64,000 bases of DNA from contig CAVYGB010000010.1 of assembly GCA_963767925.1 (NCBI GenBank), positions 384,001 to 448,000 of the forward strand, written 5' to 3'. The DNA is from an uncultured delta proteobacterium. Its GTDB lineage: Bacteria > Myxococcota_A > Polyangia > Fen-1088. Positions 1 through 9,536 of the stretch are shown here, one piece after another. Under the pieces are notes generated by a model. The model made no database searches, was not told the DNA's origin, and worked only from the letters and a program-made list of their open reading frames with translations. Each line of letters begins with the position of its first letter. Position 1 is the stretch's first letter. The position numbers and the translations under genes are program-made.

Positions 1-1
1 C

Positions 2-463
2 CGCGCCCTGCTCGCCCACGGGCAGCACGAGACCCCCCGCACCACCTGGCGCCTCGCCACCGGCGATCTGCTGGCCGCGCTCGCCCGCGAGGCCACCCGG
101 GCCGACCTCGTCTTCTGGGATCCCTTCTCGCCCCGGAACAACCCGGAGCTCTGGACCGTGGCCGCCTTCGCCACCCTCCGCGCCGCCGCCGCTCCCCGCT
201 GCACCCTCTTCACCTACAGCGCCTCGACCGCCACCCGGGCCGCGATGCTGCTCGCCGGCTGGGCGGTCGGCGCCGGCGATCCGATCGGCGACAAGGCCGA
301 GACCACCGCCGCCGCGCTGACCGTCGCCGATCTCGCCCGCCCCCTGCCCCCCGCCTGGCTCTCCCGCGTGCGCCGCCCCGACGCCCGCCTCCCCCCCGAC
401 GCCCCCTCCGACGCCGCCGCCCGCCTCGCCCACGCCCCCCAGTTCACCGCCACGCCACCCTGA
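2..463 (+). CDS. MnmC-family SAM-dependent methyltransferase, C-terminal part (5' end outside window)
   Basis: Frame open from window start: ADLVFWDPFSPRNNPELWT...LFTYSASTATRAAMLLAGW matches the MnmC methyltransferase DxFSP..NPELW / TYS motifs. Confidence 0.75.
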   Translation, partial: RALLAHGQHETPRTTWRLATGDLLAALAREATRADLVFWDPFSPRNNPELWTVAAFATLRAAAAPRCTLFTYSASTATRAAMLLAGWAVGAGDPIGDKAETTAAALTVADLARPLPPAWLSRVRRPDARLPPDAPSDAAARLAHAPQFTATPP

Positions 464-586
464 CCCCCGAAGGGGGCGCGCGCGCCCGTCGACGGAATCG
501 AGGCTGCGATCCGCTCAGGTCAGAGCGTCAAGTCTCGCGGCTCATCCAGTCGTTGATCTGGTCCGCCGCCCGGTCGGCGAGCGCTG

Positions 587-1492
587 CTAGGAGGCGCGGA
601 AGATGGTGCCGCGGCGGAGGGCGCGGGGGGCGGCGGGGGTAGAGGGCCAGGTCGCGGTGGGTCGGGGGGTGCCCTGCAGGCGGGCGCTCAGCTCGGCCGG
701 GCTGGCGCAGGCGAGCGCGGACTGGAGGAAGCCGCGGGCGGGGTTGTTCGGGCGGCGCAGCCCCTCGAGCAAGGTGGGCGGCCCCTGCATCGCGTTCGCC
801 CCCGCGCACAACATGACCAGCTCGCTGCGGGTGGTGGCGCCGAGCTTGCGAAACACGTTGGCCAGGCAGTTGCGGACGGTGTTGCGGGAGATGCCCAGGA
901 GCTGCGCGATCTCGGGGTTCTGCATCCCCTTGCACACCAGCTCGGTGATCTGGGCCTCGCGGCCCATCAGGCCGAAGGCGGTGTCGGGATCGGGCTGGGC
1001 CAGCGACTGGCGCCGGCGCTGCAGCTCCTCGGCCATCTTGACCACCGGGAAGATGGAGTCCAGCAGGCGCGCGTCGGCGTCGGTGAACGGCCCGATCCGG
1101 CTGCGGCTCAGGCTGGCCCCGAGCACGAAGCAGTCGGCCACCACGATCCGCCCGATCACCGAGCGGGCCTGGATCCGGCGGTAGGCGTGGAACCAGGTCA
1201 GGCGATCGTACTCCGGGGCGTCGGGCGCGACGCACACGGTGCCCTGGACCGCCCGCCGGACGAGCGCGTCGGCCTCCAGCTCGCTCATGGCCAGGATGAG
1301 GGCGTACTCCTTCGGTCGCGAATGGCCGATCACCTCCATGGTGGTGTGCCCGACGGCGTCGGTCACGTGGAGGGAGCCCCCGTCGGCGTCCAGGCGCTGG
1401 ACCAGGGTTGCAAGCAGCTCGCGCTCGAAGCTCGCGCTCGACTGCGCGGAAAGCCCGATCTCTGCCACGTCCGAAAGCAGCCTCGCCGACAT
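587..1492 (-). CDS. LuxR-family HTH transcriptional regulator with N-terminal sensor-like region
   Basis: LMGREAQITELVCKGMQNPEIAQLLGISRNTVRNCLANVFRKLG is a LuxR HTH; GGAGG RBS upstream. Confidence 0.85.
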   Translation of the reverse strand: MSARLLSDVAEIGLSAQSSASFERELLATLVQRLDADGGSLHVTDAVGHTTMEVIGHSRPKEYALILAMSELEADALVRRAVQGTVCVAPDAPEYDRLTWFHAYRRIQARSVIGRIVVADCFVLGASLSRSRIGPFTDADARLLDSIFPVVKMAEELQRRRQSLAQPDPDTAFGLMGREAQITELVCKGMQNPEIAQLLGISRNTVRNCLANVFRKLGATTRSELVMLCAGANAMQGPPTLLEGLRRPNNPARGFLQSALACASPAELSARLQGTPRPTATWPSTPAAPRALRRGTIFRAS

Positions 1493-1612
1493 CCTCGCCT
1501 CCTACCCTCGAATCGTAATCGACTCGCCGGGGCCGGCAAAGAACGTCGCGGACCGATCTCCGGCACCGCCTGTAGCACGTTCGAGACCCGAAATATTCCG
1601 TGCTTTCCTTTC

Positions 1613-3148
1613 TCAGGGCGCCGATTGCAGCGGCGCTGGCTCCGCCGCGAAGGCCGGGTGGGCGTCCGTCCCGGCCAGGTAGCGCAGCGCCCGCCGGCCG
1701 GGCAAGAACAGGTAAGCCCCCCCGACGGTTGTCACGAAGCTGGGCAGGCCGAGCAGCCGCTTGCGGACCGGCTCGCCCTGGATGGTGAAGGTCCCCGACG
1801 AGGCCGGGTCGCCGGGGCGGGGCGGTGGCCCCACCAGCGGGTCGGCCTCGGCGTACAGCCCGTTGAATTTGGGGTTGTTGATCCAGGTGCTCTGCACGAA
1901 CTCGAACTGGCGGGCGATGCTGCTGTTGAGGGCGATGAAGGTCAGGCCCCGCTCCCCCAGCTCGGGGGCCGCCAGCATCGCTCGCGGCTCGAAGGCCGGG
2001 TCGAGCGGCTCGCCCCAGATCCGCCCCCGCCGCAGCAGCCGGCGCCGCCGGACCACCTCGTCCGAATCGGCCGGGGCCCCCTTCAGCCCGTCGCGCGGGT
2101 TGGCCCGGCGCACGTGGGCCCCGAGGGGACAGCGCAGGCCCTCGCGGTCCCCGCCGTAGCGGATGTCCTGCTGCCGCTCGCGGCCGGCGAGAGGATCGCC
2201 CCCGAGCAGCGACCGGCCGTCGAGACGCCGGCCCATCACCCGGGCGGCCACCTCCACGCCCTCGGGATCCTGCTTCGGGTCGCCCTGCTCGCGCATGTAG
2301 CGCCAGAAGGCGTGCACCTGTTGCCGGAGCTGCCGGAGCACGAGGTAGGTCCCGTTGCGCCCGAGATCGCGGCGGGGCAGCGGGTCCCCGGCGTGAGGGC
2401 CCTCGGGCTCCGCCATCACCGGCGTGAGGAGCTCGGCCAGCGGGCCGCCATCGGGCACGGACGGCGACCCCGGCCGGCGGCCATAGGCGTTGGGGTAGCC
2501 CAGCAGCAGCTCGCCGAGGGGGACCCGGTCGGCGGTGTCCTTCTCCGGAACCTCTTCGACCCCGATCTCCGCCTCCCTGACCTTCGGGTCGAGCTCGCGG
2601 AAGTAGGGCTGCGAGCGGCCGTCCAGGAAGCCGAAGTGTTCCTTGTCCGCCACCCGGGCCTCGATCTCGGCGACGACCGAGAGCTCGGTCCGGAGGGCCC
2701 GGAGCTCGGCCTGCAGCTCCGCTTGCCGCTCCGGCGCGGCAAAGAGGAACAGCACCCCGTGCACGCGCGCCTGGTCGGGGGCGCCCCAGCGCCAGTGGCG
2801 GGGGTCGGAGGGGCCCAGGTCCCCCAGCAGCCGCTGGCGGTGCGCGGTGGTCATGCCCTCGGCGAACTCCCGGGAGAAGGTCTTCAGGCTGTCCTCGGCG
2901 AGGCCAAGCGCGCGCAGGCCCTCGGCGGTGAAGGCCACGTTGATCACCAGCGCCTCCGTCGGGGCCGCGTCCGACTGCACCGCGGCCACCCGCGGGCAGA
3001 GGCCGGCCAGCCAGCGTCGAGCCCGGCCCGGATCTTCGGGCAGGGCGAAGACGACGTACCAGCCGGGAAAGCCCTGGTAGGCATGGCCCACCAGCCCCTG
3101 CACGTCCTCCAGCGGGACCTCCTCGGCGTCTACAGCAAGGCCAGCCAT
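1613..3148 (-). CDS. Dyp-type (dye-decolorising) heme peroxidase, 511 aa
   Basis: EHFGFLDGRSQP (GxxDG), NGTYLVLRQL, CPLGAHVRRANPRD (proximal His), RLLRRG (distal Arg), RQFEFVQSTW; ATG at 3148 overlaps the upstream gene. Confidence 0.9.
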   Translation of the reverse strand: MAGLAVDAEEVPLEDVQGLVGHAYQGFPGWYVVFALPEDPGRARRWLAGLCPRVAAVQSDAAPTEALVINVAFTAEGLRALGLAEDSLKTFSREFAEGMTTAHRQRLLGDLGPSDPRHWRWGAPDQARVHGVLFLFAAPERQAELQAELRALRTELSVVAEIEARVADKEHFGFLDGRSQPYFRELDPKVREAEIGVEEVPEKDTADRVPLGELLLGYPNAYGRRPGSPSVPDGGPLAELLTPVMAEPEGPHAGDPLPRRDLGRNGTYLVLRQLRQQVHAFWRYMREQGDPKQDPEGVEVAARVMGRRLDGRSLLGGDPLAGRERQQDIRYGGDREGLRCPLGAHVRRANPRDGLKGAPADSDEVVRRRRLLRRGRIWGEPLDPAFEPRAMLAAPELGERGLTFIALNSSIARQFEFVQSTWINNPKFNGLYAEADPLVGPPPRPGDPASSGTFTIQGEPVRKRLLGLPSFVTTVGGAYLFLPGRRALRYLAGTDAHPAFAAEPAPLQSAP

Positions 3149-4707
3149 TCCCGCCCCTCCTGCTCGGTCCGCAGGCCCCGGGAGAGACCCAGACGGATCC
3201 GGCTGTTCTGGTTGATGTTGTCGACGGTGAGCGACTTGTAGGCGCTGTACCAGAGCGCGGTGGGGACCTGCCGGTCGCGGGAGTAGGCCTTGAAGGCCTC
3301 CTCGTCCGCCGCTCCGCCGCCGCTGAGGTAGGAGGTCCGGGGGAAGCCCACGCAGTTGCTCCAGATGGAGGTCAACCCGCCGTGCGCCTTGTCGACGAAC
3401 TCGCCGAGGTAGGCCTCCCAGCTCCCGTCGAAGTTGCTGAAGAACAGCAGCCGGCGCCCGCCGTCGACGATCGCCCAGCGGGCAAAGTGAATCGACTCGA
3501 TCTTGCCCAGCTTGCCCTCGACGTACAGCCACCGGCTGGACATGGAGAACAGGTGCAGCACCCCGCGCAGCACCGCCCGGCGGAACCACAGCGGTTGCTT
3601 CAGGAAGATGACGCTGCTCATCTGGTTCTGGTGGACCTGGTCCTCGTCGGCCGCCAGCGCGCGGGCATGAACCGGGTCGCGCTGGATGATGACCCTGTCG
3701 TTGTCCGACAGGTGCCCCAGGTAGCAGTAGGCCAGCCAACCTCCCACCGCCAGCAACGAACCGACGGTGGCGAAGCCGGCCCAGAAGCCCCACCAGCCGC
3801 TCCGACCGGCCAGGAGGGCGAAGCACAGAGCGGTCAGCAGCACCGGCAAGACGACCAGCCCGGCGGCCAGGGCCCCGAAGATCGAGGACGGCAACCTGGC
3901 CGAGCGGTCCCGCAGCAGGCGGACCCACAGCGGCGGTCGCGGCAGGCCAGCCACCGGCCGCACCGCCCAGCCGAAGCGCGGATCCTTGCCGATCGCCTCC
4001 CGGAGACGCTGGCAGAGGTCGAGCGCGGAGGGGGGCGACTGGCGCTCGCCGAGCGCCTGGTCCAGCAGCTCCTGGATGTGGGTGCGGAGGGCGTCCTCGC
4101 GCCGGATCTGGTGGACCGACCGGCCCGGGGTGCCCACGAACTCGGTGTGCGAACGCCGGCGGTGCGCGAGGAGGAAGGCCCGCAGGTCCTCGGCCCGCGT
4201 CCAGCCGGCACAGTGCTGGAACAGGCGGCCGAGGCCGTCGCCAGCCACGGTCACCAGCTCGTCCAGATGGCGGCCCAGCGGCCCGTCGAAGTCGGTGGCG
4301 AACACGAGCTGGGCCGGGAGGGGTGGCTGGTTGGACCCGCCCTCGACGAGCAGCCCCTCCGGGCGCGGGTGAAGCAGGGCCCGGGCGAAGTGCACCGTCT
4401 CGAGCCGCAGGAAGGGGATCGGGCCATCGATCTCCAGGTCGCCGGCCGGATGGGCCAGGTCGTGCAGGACCGCCTGCAGCGGCGCGACCCGATCGGCCGG
4501 CACGTCGGCGATCACCAGCAAGGCGCGCTGGCGGTGGCGGTTGTCGCCCGGATGGGCGTCGGCCCGCTCCGCGCGGGCCACCTGATCCAGCGCCTGCCTG
4601 ACGCGCTCGCGGCGATCGGCGGACGTCGGTGGGATCAAGCGGGACCGGGCCAGGACCGACGGTTCCGCCTGGTCTGGACCGAACGTGACGATTCCGGCGC
4701 TGTCCAT
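3130..4707 (-). CDS. DyP-associated membrane protein with internally duplicated HFAR/FDG domains
   Basis: TVHFARALL...LVFATDFDGPLGRHLDEL and SIHFARWAI...LLFFSNFDGSWEAYLGEF separated by two hydrophobic helices; AGGAGG RBS; overlaps the DyP start. Confidence 0.75.
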   Translation of the reverse strand: MDSAGIVTFGPDQAEPSVLARSRLIPPTSADRRERVRQALDQVARAERADAHPGDNRHRQRALLVIADVPADRVAPLQAVLHDLAHPAGDLEIDGPIPFLRLETVHFARALLHPRPEGLLVEGGSNQPPLPAQLVFATDFDGPLGRHLDELVTVAGDGLGRLFQHCAGWTRAEDLRAFLLAHRRRSHTEFVGTPGRSVHQIRREDALRTHIQELLDQALGERQSPPSALDLCQRLREAIGKDPRFGWAVRPVAGLPRPPLWVRLLRDRSARLPSSIFGALAAGLVVLPVLLTALCFALLAGRSGWWGFWAGFATVGSLLAVGGWLAYCYLGHLSDNDRVIIQRDPVHARALAADEDQVHQNQMSSVIFLKQPLWFRRAVLRGVLHLFSMSSRWLYVEGKLGKIESIHFARWAIVDGGRRLLFFSNFDGSWEAYLGEFVDKAHGGLTSIWSNCVGFPRTSYLSGGGAADEEAFKAYSRDRQVPTALWYSAYKSLTVDNINQNSRIRLGLSRGLRTEQEGREWLALL

Positions 4708-4758
4708 GGCCCCCTCCTGCCGCAAGAAACTCTCCTATCGAGAAACGTGGACCCGCCC

Positions 4759-5328
4759 CTAGATTCCCGCCTCTCGCCGAAACGACCTTCCTGGGATCCG
4801 CCGGGCCCGGGCTGCGACCGGCTCGGTCTGGCCGCTGATCCGCCGCATCATCCGCCGCGCCCGCAGCAGCCGGGTCCCGACCGTGCTCACCGGAATGGAG
4901 AGGCGCCGCGCGATTTCGCTATACCGCAGGCCGCCGCGCGCGTGCAGCTCGAGCACCGCCCGGTAGTCGCGGGGCAGACGGGCCAGCAGCTCGTCGACCC
5001 GGGCCAGGGTGCCCAGCAGGAGGTTCTCCCGGTCTTCGCGCTCCCGGTCGGGCTCGGTGGCGGGCAGGTCGGTCAACGGAGTCAGGGTGACGTTGCGGTT
5101 GCGGCGGTGCCGGTCGATCATCAACCGTTGCATCATCGTCGCCAGCCAGGCCTGCAGGTCGGATCCGGGCGTGAACCGGTGCAAGTTGCGCAGGGCGCGT
5201 TCCAGCGTGTCCTGGACCAGGTCCTCGCAATCCGGCAGGTTGCGGCCGGCGAGCCGCCAGGCCCGCTCGCGCAGAAACCGTTGCAGGTTGCGAGCCCCCA
5301 GGCTCGTCGTCTCCGTCCGGTCGTTCAT
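4759..5328 (-). CDS. ECF-type RNA polymerase sigma-70 factor
   Basis: Region 2 (EDLVQDTLERALRNLHRF...AWLATMMQRLMIDRHRR) and region 4 (LPRDYRAVLELHARGGLRYSEIARRLSIPVSTVGTRLLRAR). Confidence 0.9.
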   Translation of the reverse strand: MNDRTETTSLGARNLQRFLRERAWRLAGRNLPDCEDLVQDTLERALRNLHRFTPGSDLQAWLATMMQRLMIDRHRRNRNVTLTPLTDLPATEPDREREDRENLLLGTLARVDELLARLPRDYRAVLELHARGGLRYSEIARRLSIPVSTVGTRLLRARRMMRRISGQTEPVAARARRIPGRSFRREAGI

Positions 5329-5407
5329 GGTCGTCGTTCCCCCCTCTGTCGATCTCCGGCTGAAACAACAGCTACCGCGCGACCGCCGGGGGCGAAATGG
5401 TACGGAT

Positions 5408-5440
5408 GTACCGGTGTCCGGACGGTGGGTACCGGTATCC
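5408..5440. promoter_or_regulatory. Direct repeat GTACCGGT(G/A)TCC, 21-bp period, in divergent promoter
   Basis: GTACCGGTGTCC at 5408-5419 and GTACCGGTATCC at 5429-5440, each with palindromic core ACCGGT. Confidence 0.45.
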
Positions 5441-5447
5441 TCGACCC

Positions 5448-6284
5448 ATGAGATTTTCACTCGTGCAGGCCCTGGCGGAGCTGCTCGGGCTGCTGGTCGG
5501 ACTGGCGCTGGCGCCGGTGGTGGCGCTCCGGACCCGGATGCGGCGCCGGCACCTTTTTCACGGGGACGGACGGCTGCTCGAGGGGGAGATGATCGCACCG
5601 CCGCCGGCCGGGTTACCCCCCGAGCTGCGGCCGTTCGCCCAGGCCATCGCGGGGGTGGCCCGGGTCCGCTTCTCCTGGGCCGGGGGGACGCCGGGAGCGA
5701 GGCCGGCGGGCGAGAAGCGACGGGCGAAGATCCTCGGGCTCAGCCTGCAGCTCGGCAACCCGCAGTGGCCGCAGCACCTGCTGCTCGCCACCCTCCGCTT
5801 CCGCAAGCCGCGCATCCCCGGCAACCCCGACGACTTCCTCGATCCGGACAACGTCTACGCGACGGTGCTGCGCCACCAGCTCCGGCAGGTGGGCGGCGTG
5901 TACCTGAGAGCGCGCCCGCTGCGCAAGCTGACCGGAGAGGGGGCGTTCGACATCCTGGAGCGCGCCACCCAGGGGACCGGCCCGCACCTCTGCCTGGAGC
6001 TGGCCCTGGCCCGGGAGCGGGAGCGCTGGGTGCCGGTGGGGCTCATCCGGCTGCGTCGCCTGCTGCCGGTCGGGGCGCGGCCGGCGGCCGACGTCTACAG
6101 CGATCGCGCGCTGTCGCCGGCCCTGTCCCCCTTCGCCGCCGCAGCCGGGCTGCGCACGCTGGGCTTCCTCGCCGGGCTCCGCCGCATCCTCTACCCGGTC
6201 TCCCGCTGGGGGCGCCAGCCGCGCGCCGCCGAGAAGAGCAGCGGCGCGCTGCCGATCAAGGGGGGGCGCTCAGCAGCGACTTGA
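5448..6284 (+). CDS. Catalase-fold-like protein, degenerate
   Basis: RHLFHGDG...ARVRFS...KILGLSLQL...HLLLAT resembles the catalase-superfamily pattern RxxHxxG / VRFS / D.xGxAxx. Confidence 0.5.
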   Translation: MRFSLVQALAELLGLLVGLALAPVVALRTRMRRRHLFHGDGRLLEGEMIAPPPAGLPPELRPFAQAIAGVARVRFSWAGGTPGARPAGEKRRAKILGLSLQLGNPQWPQHLLLATLRFRKPRIPGNPDDFLDPDNVYATVLRHQLRQVGGVYLRARPLRKLTGEGAFDILERATQGTGPHLCLELALARERERWVPVGLIRLRRLLPVGARPAADVYSDRALSPALSPFAAAAGLRTLGFLAGLRRILYPVSRWGRQPRAAEKSSGALPIKGGRSAAT

Positions 6285-8331
6285 CCATGGCGAACCCCGC
6301 GGCGTTACCCGCGACCTGACCGTCCATCACCTTCATCGACGCCGCCGAGAGGGCCCAGCCGAGCGGGACGTCGGCGGTGTCATCCGAGAGGCTGATATCG
6401 ATGTGAGCGCCCCGCTGGGTGCGCAGGGCCCGGTGCCGCCCCGGCGCCTCTTCGCTCTCCAGCAGGTCGCGAAACAGGCTCACCCGGGCCAGCTCACCGC
6501 GGGCGGCGCGGGTGTTGAAGAGGGCCACCGGCGGCCCGGTCACCTCGGTGAGCAGACGGATGATCCCGCCCGATGCGCTGGTGGACCGGCGGCTGTTCTG
6601 CAGGGAGAGCACCACCGGGTAGAACCGGTGCTGCCAGCCTCGCTGCTCGACCACCTTCCGCACGCTGGCCAGGACGTCGGCCGCGGTGGCCGCCCCCGAG
6701 TTCTCGAAGTAGCCGCCGTCGACCAGGTGCCGGGCCTCGCCCCCCTCCCACACCTTGCCGGGCGGGCTGACGTAGGGGAAGCGGGCGCTCAGGTGGGCCG
6801 CCACGCTGGCGCTGACGGGTGCCTGCAAGACGACCAGGCCATCCTCGACGTCGCAGAAGAAGCGGGGATCGAGCCGCAGGTTGGACAGCACCACCCGCGA
6901 CCCGCGCTCGGCCGAGGTGGCGTTGAGAAACAGGCTGGGCCGCTCGCGGAGCTCGTCGCCTTGCCACAGCGCCAGGAACGGCTTCGCCAGCCGGTCGCTG
7001 CCGGCGTGCTGGAACCAGGCCCGCTCCCAGCCCAGCTCGAGCGCGGCGGCCCGGTCGGGGCCCCAGAGCCAGGGGACGAACAGGCGGGCGACATCGGGGA
7101 ACAGCAGCGCGGCGAGCAGCGGCGACACGAAGTCCTCGCCCAGCACCCGCTTGGCGAGGCAGACATGTCTTCCCGTGGGCCCGCAGCCCTCCGGCTGCAG
7201 CCGTTCGCCGTCGGCCAGCATCCCGGCGAAGAGCAAGCCGCCGAGCGATCCGCCCGACACGCCGCTGATGGCGTAGACGTGGCGGCCGAAGCTGGGGTTG
7301 TCGTCCTGCAGCCGGGCCAGCGCGCTGGCGGTCCAGTAGGCCGCCCGGATCCCGCCCCCCTCGGCGTGCACGACGAACACCGGGACCGGCGCGGTGCTGC
7401 TGGCCCCCCGCTCGGCCAGGCGGGCCTCGAACCACTTCGGGAAGTCCTCCGCGATGCGCTCGCGCGGGGCCGCTTCCCCCGACAGCGTGCGCACCGGGTG
7501 CGGGTTGCCGGTCAGGCTGATGATCACCAGCAGCAGCAGCGCCAGCAGCCCGAACGGCACCCGCAGGTGGTCGGAGAGCGCGGCGAGCGTCGATCCGAAC
7601 GCCACCGCCAGGGCCAGCGCCGTCACCACCACCGCCAGCGCCCCGCTGTGGCCCCCGAACCAGAGCGGCGCCGCCGCCACCGCCGCAACCAGGAGCACCG
7701 AGAGCGCCACCGCCCCGCCCACCACCCGCCAGGTGACGGGCTGGTAGCGCACCGGGTGGTCGGGGGTGGCCACGGGCGGCTGCCGCCAGGTGTCGCCATC
7801 GCGCCCGCGGCGGCGGCGGACGATCGCCAGGAAGATGACCGCGCCGACAAGGAAACCGCCGGCCAGCAGCCACATGCTCCAGCGCAGCCCCTGCCCGTCG
7901 GCGCCCCCCATGACGTCGTGGTGGTGCCGCGCAGCCAGGACGAACCCTCCTCCGACGATGACGAAGGTGGCGCTGCCCATCAGCCGGGGGACCCAGGTGG
8001 CCACGCGCCTGTCGACGCCGTGGGGCAAATAGAGGCGAACGCGGGCGAAGTACCAGGTCGCCGTGGCCCAGCCGATCATGGCCACGAAGAACGCCGCCAC
8101 CCGGGAGTCCTCCCGGAAGCCCCAGGGACGCGGCCGCCCCAGCTCGTGCAGCAGATCATGGCCCTGATCCAGCCCCAGGAATACGACCGCGCCGGCGACC
8201 AGCACCAGCAGGGGCGCCCGGAGCACCTTCAGCGTGTGCCAGGTGGCACGGATCGAGCGCCCCAGACCCACCCACCCCGCCCCCTCACCCGGCTGCGCCT
8301 CCGGATTACCTCGCTCACCGTCATGTGGCAT
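6256..8331 (-). CDS. Patatin-like phospholipase with multi-pass N-terminal membrane domain
   Basis: AEGGGIRAA oxyanion loop, GVSGG nucleophile, LVDGGYFENSG catalytic Asp; about 7 hydrophobic segments N-terminally. Confidence 0.88.
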   Translation of the reverse strand: MPHDGERGNPEAQPGEGAGWVGLGRSIRATWHTLKVLRAPLLVLVAGAVVFLGLDQGHDLLHELGRPRPWGFREDSRVAAFFVAMIGWATATWYFARVRLYLPHGVDRRVATWVPRLMGSATFVIVGGGFVLAARHHHDVMGGADGQGLRWSMWLLAGGFLVGAVIFLAIVRRRRGRDGDTWRQPPVATPDHPVRYQPVTWRVVGGAVALSVLLVAAVAAAPLWFGGHSGALAVVVTALALAVAFGSTLAALSDHLRVPFGLLALLLLVIISLTGNPHPVRTLSGEAAPRERIAEDFPKWFEARLAERGASSTAPVPVFVVHAEGGGIRAAYWTASALARLQDDNPSFGRHVYAISGVSGGSLGGLLFAGMLADGERLQPEGCGPTGRHVCLAKRVLGEDFVSPLLAALLFPDVARLFVPWLWGPDRAAALELGWERAWFQHAGSDRLAKPFLALWQGDELRERPSLFLNATSAERGSRVVLSNLRLDPRFFCDVEDGLVVLQAPVSASVAAHLSARFPYVSPPGKVWEGGEARHLVDGGYFENSGAATAADVLASVRKVVEQRGWQHRFYPVVLSLQNSRRSTSASGGIIRLLTEVTGPPVALFNTRAARGELARVSLFRDLLESEEAPGRHRALRTQRGAHIDISLSDDTADVPLGWALSAASMKVMDGQVAGNAAGFAMVKSLLSAPP

Positions 8332-8360
8332 GTCTTTCCCCTCATCCTCCGGCCGATGGC

Positions 8361-9536
8361 CTACAGCAAGAACGGGCCGGCCCGGGAAAGTTTCCCGGGG
8401 CCCGCGCGCTCCCGTCCGAGGTGGGGGACGTGGCGGCGGCGCCAGAAGGGGTGGCCGGGCCAGCGCTGCTCGAGGCCGTAGTAGAGCGCGCGCTCGCGGC
8501 GGTAGATCGACCACTCGCGGTCGCGATCGATCTCGTAGGCGGCCAGCGCCTGCGGGCCGGCGCCCTCCAGGAGGGCGAGGGTGGTGCGGACGGCGGCGGC
8601 GGCGGTCCGGAGGGCGCGGACCACGCCGCTGCCCGAGACCGGATCCACCGCCAGAGCGGCGTCGCCGACGGCGAGCCAGGGGCCGGGCGCGTGTGCCCGG
8701 CGGAGGCGCTGGCTCACCGCCGAGACAACCCGGGGGAGCTCCCGGGGGGCGGCGCCGCGGGTGCGGGCCTGAGTGGCGGCGGCGCGGTCGAGCCCCACCC
8801 GCCAGGAGGCCACCGCCGCTGCCCGATCCGAGGCCAGGAGGTCAGCGTCGGTCATCAACATGGCCACCAGGCCGTCGCCGGGCACGGGCGCGGAATACCA
8901 CCACCCCGCCTCCGCCGCCTCGACGAGCGTGTAGCCCTGGTCGCCGCCCGCGATGCCCTCGAACGGCGCGGCCACGGCCACCAGGCGGTCGAGCAAGCGC
9001 CGGCGGGCTTTCAGCCGGCGGGCCAGGCTGGCGGTCCGCCCGGTGGCGTCGACGACAACCGCTGCCTGCAGCGAACCCGGACCCTCCGGCCCGGCGAGGT
9101 AGAGCCGCCAGAGGTCGCCGGCGCGCTCGCAGCCCTGCACGGCGGTGCCGAGCCGCAGATCCGCCCCGGCGGCGGCCGCCCCTTCCGCCAGCATGCGGTC
9201 GAAGGCCAGGCGGTCGACGTGCCAGCCGCAGGCATAGGGCGACATCAGGTGCGAGTGGACATTTTCGGCCTCGGCCCCCCAGACGCTGCGGGTGCCCCAG
9301 GAAGGCATGGGGCCGAGGGCGGTGAAGGCGTCCCACAGCTCCAGCGCGCGCAACAGCGGCTGCACGGCGGGCGCCAGCGACTCGCCGATCCGGGGCTGAT
9401 CGAAGCGGGATCGCTCGAGCAGGACGACCCGCCGGCCGGCGCGGGCCAGGCCGCGCGCGGTGGCGGCTCCGGCGGGGCCAGCGCCGACAACCGCGACGTC
9501 ATAGCGGTCGTCGCCCGGTTCATGCGACTTGCTCAT
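8361..9536 (-). CDS. lodB: LodB/GoxB-like FAD-dependent flavoprotein (CTQ maturation)
   Basis: DVAVVGAGPAG, RIGESLAP, GWHVDRLAFD, DATGR, GWWYSAP, AVGDAALAVDPVSGSG; ATGA overlap with the LodA-like gene. Confidence 0.85.
   Translation of the reverse strand: MSKSHEPGDDRYDVAVVGAGPAGAATARGLARAGRRVVLLERSRFDQPRIGESLAPAVQPLLRALELWDAFTALGPMPSWGTRSVWGAEAENVHSHLMSPYACGWHVDRLAFDRMLAEGAAAAGADLRLGTAVQGCERAGDLWRLYLAGPEGPGSLQAAVVVDATGRTASLARRLKARRRLLDRLVAVAAPFEGIAGGDQGYTLVEAAEAGWWYSAPVPGDGLVAMLMTDADLLASDRAAAVASWRVGLDRAAATQARTRGAAPRELPRVVSAVSQRLRRAHAPGPWLAVGDAALAVDPVSGSGVVRALRTAAAAVRTTLALLEGAGPQALAAYEIDRDREWSIYRRERALYYGLEQRWPGHPFWRRRHVPHLGRERAGPGKLSRAGPFLL

Noticed and set aside
528..680. Alternative C-terminus for the LuxR protein (LAALADRAADQINDWMSRET) via frameshift
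   Set aside because: Plausible codon use but no recognisable domain; cannot be supported without homologues
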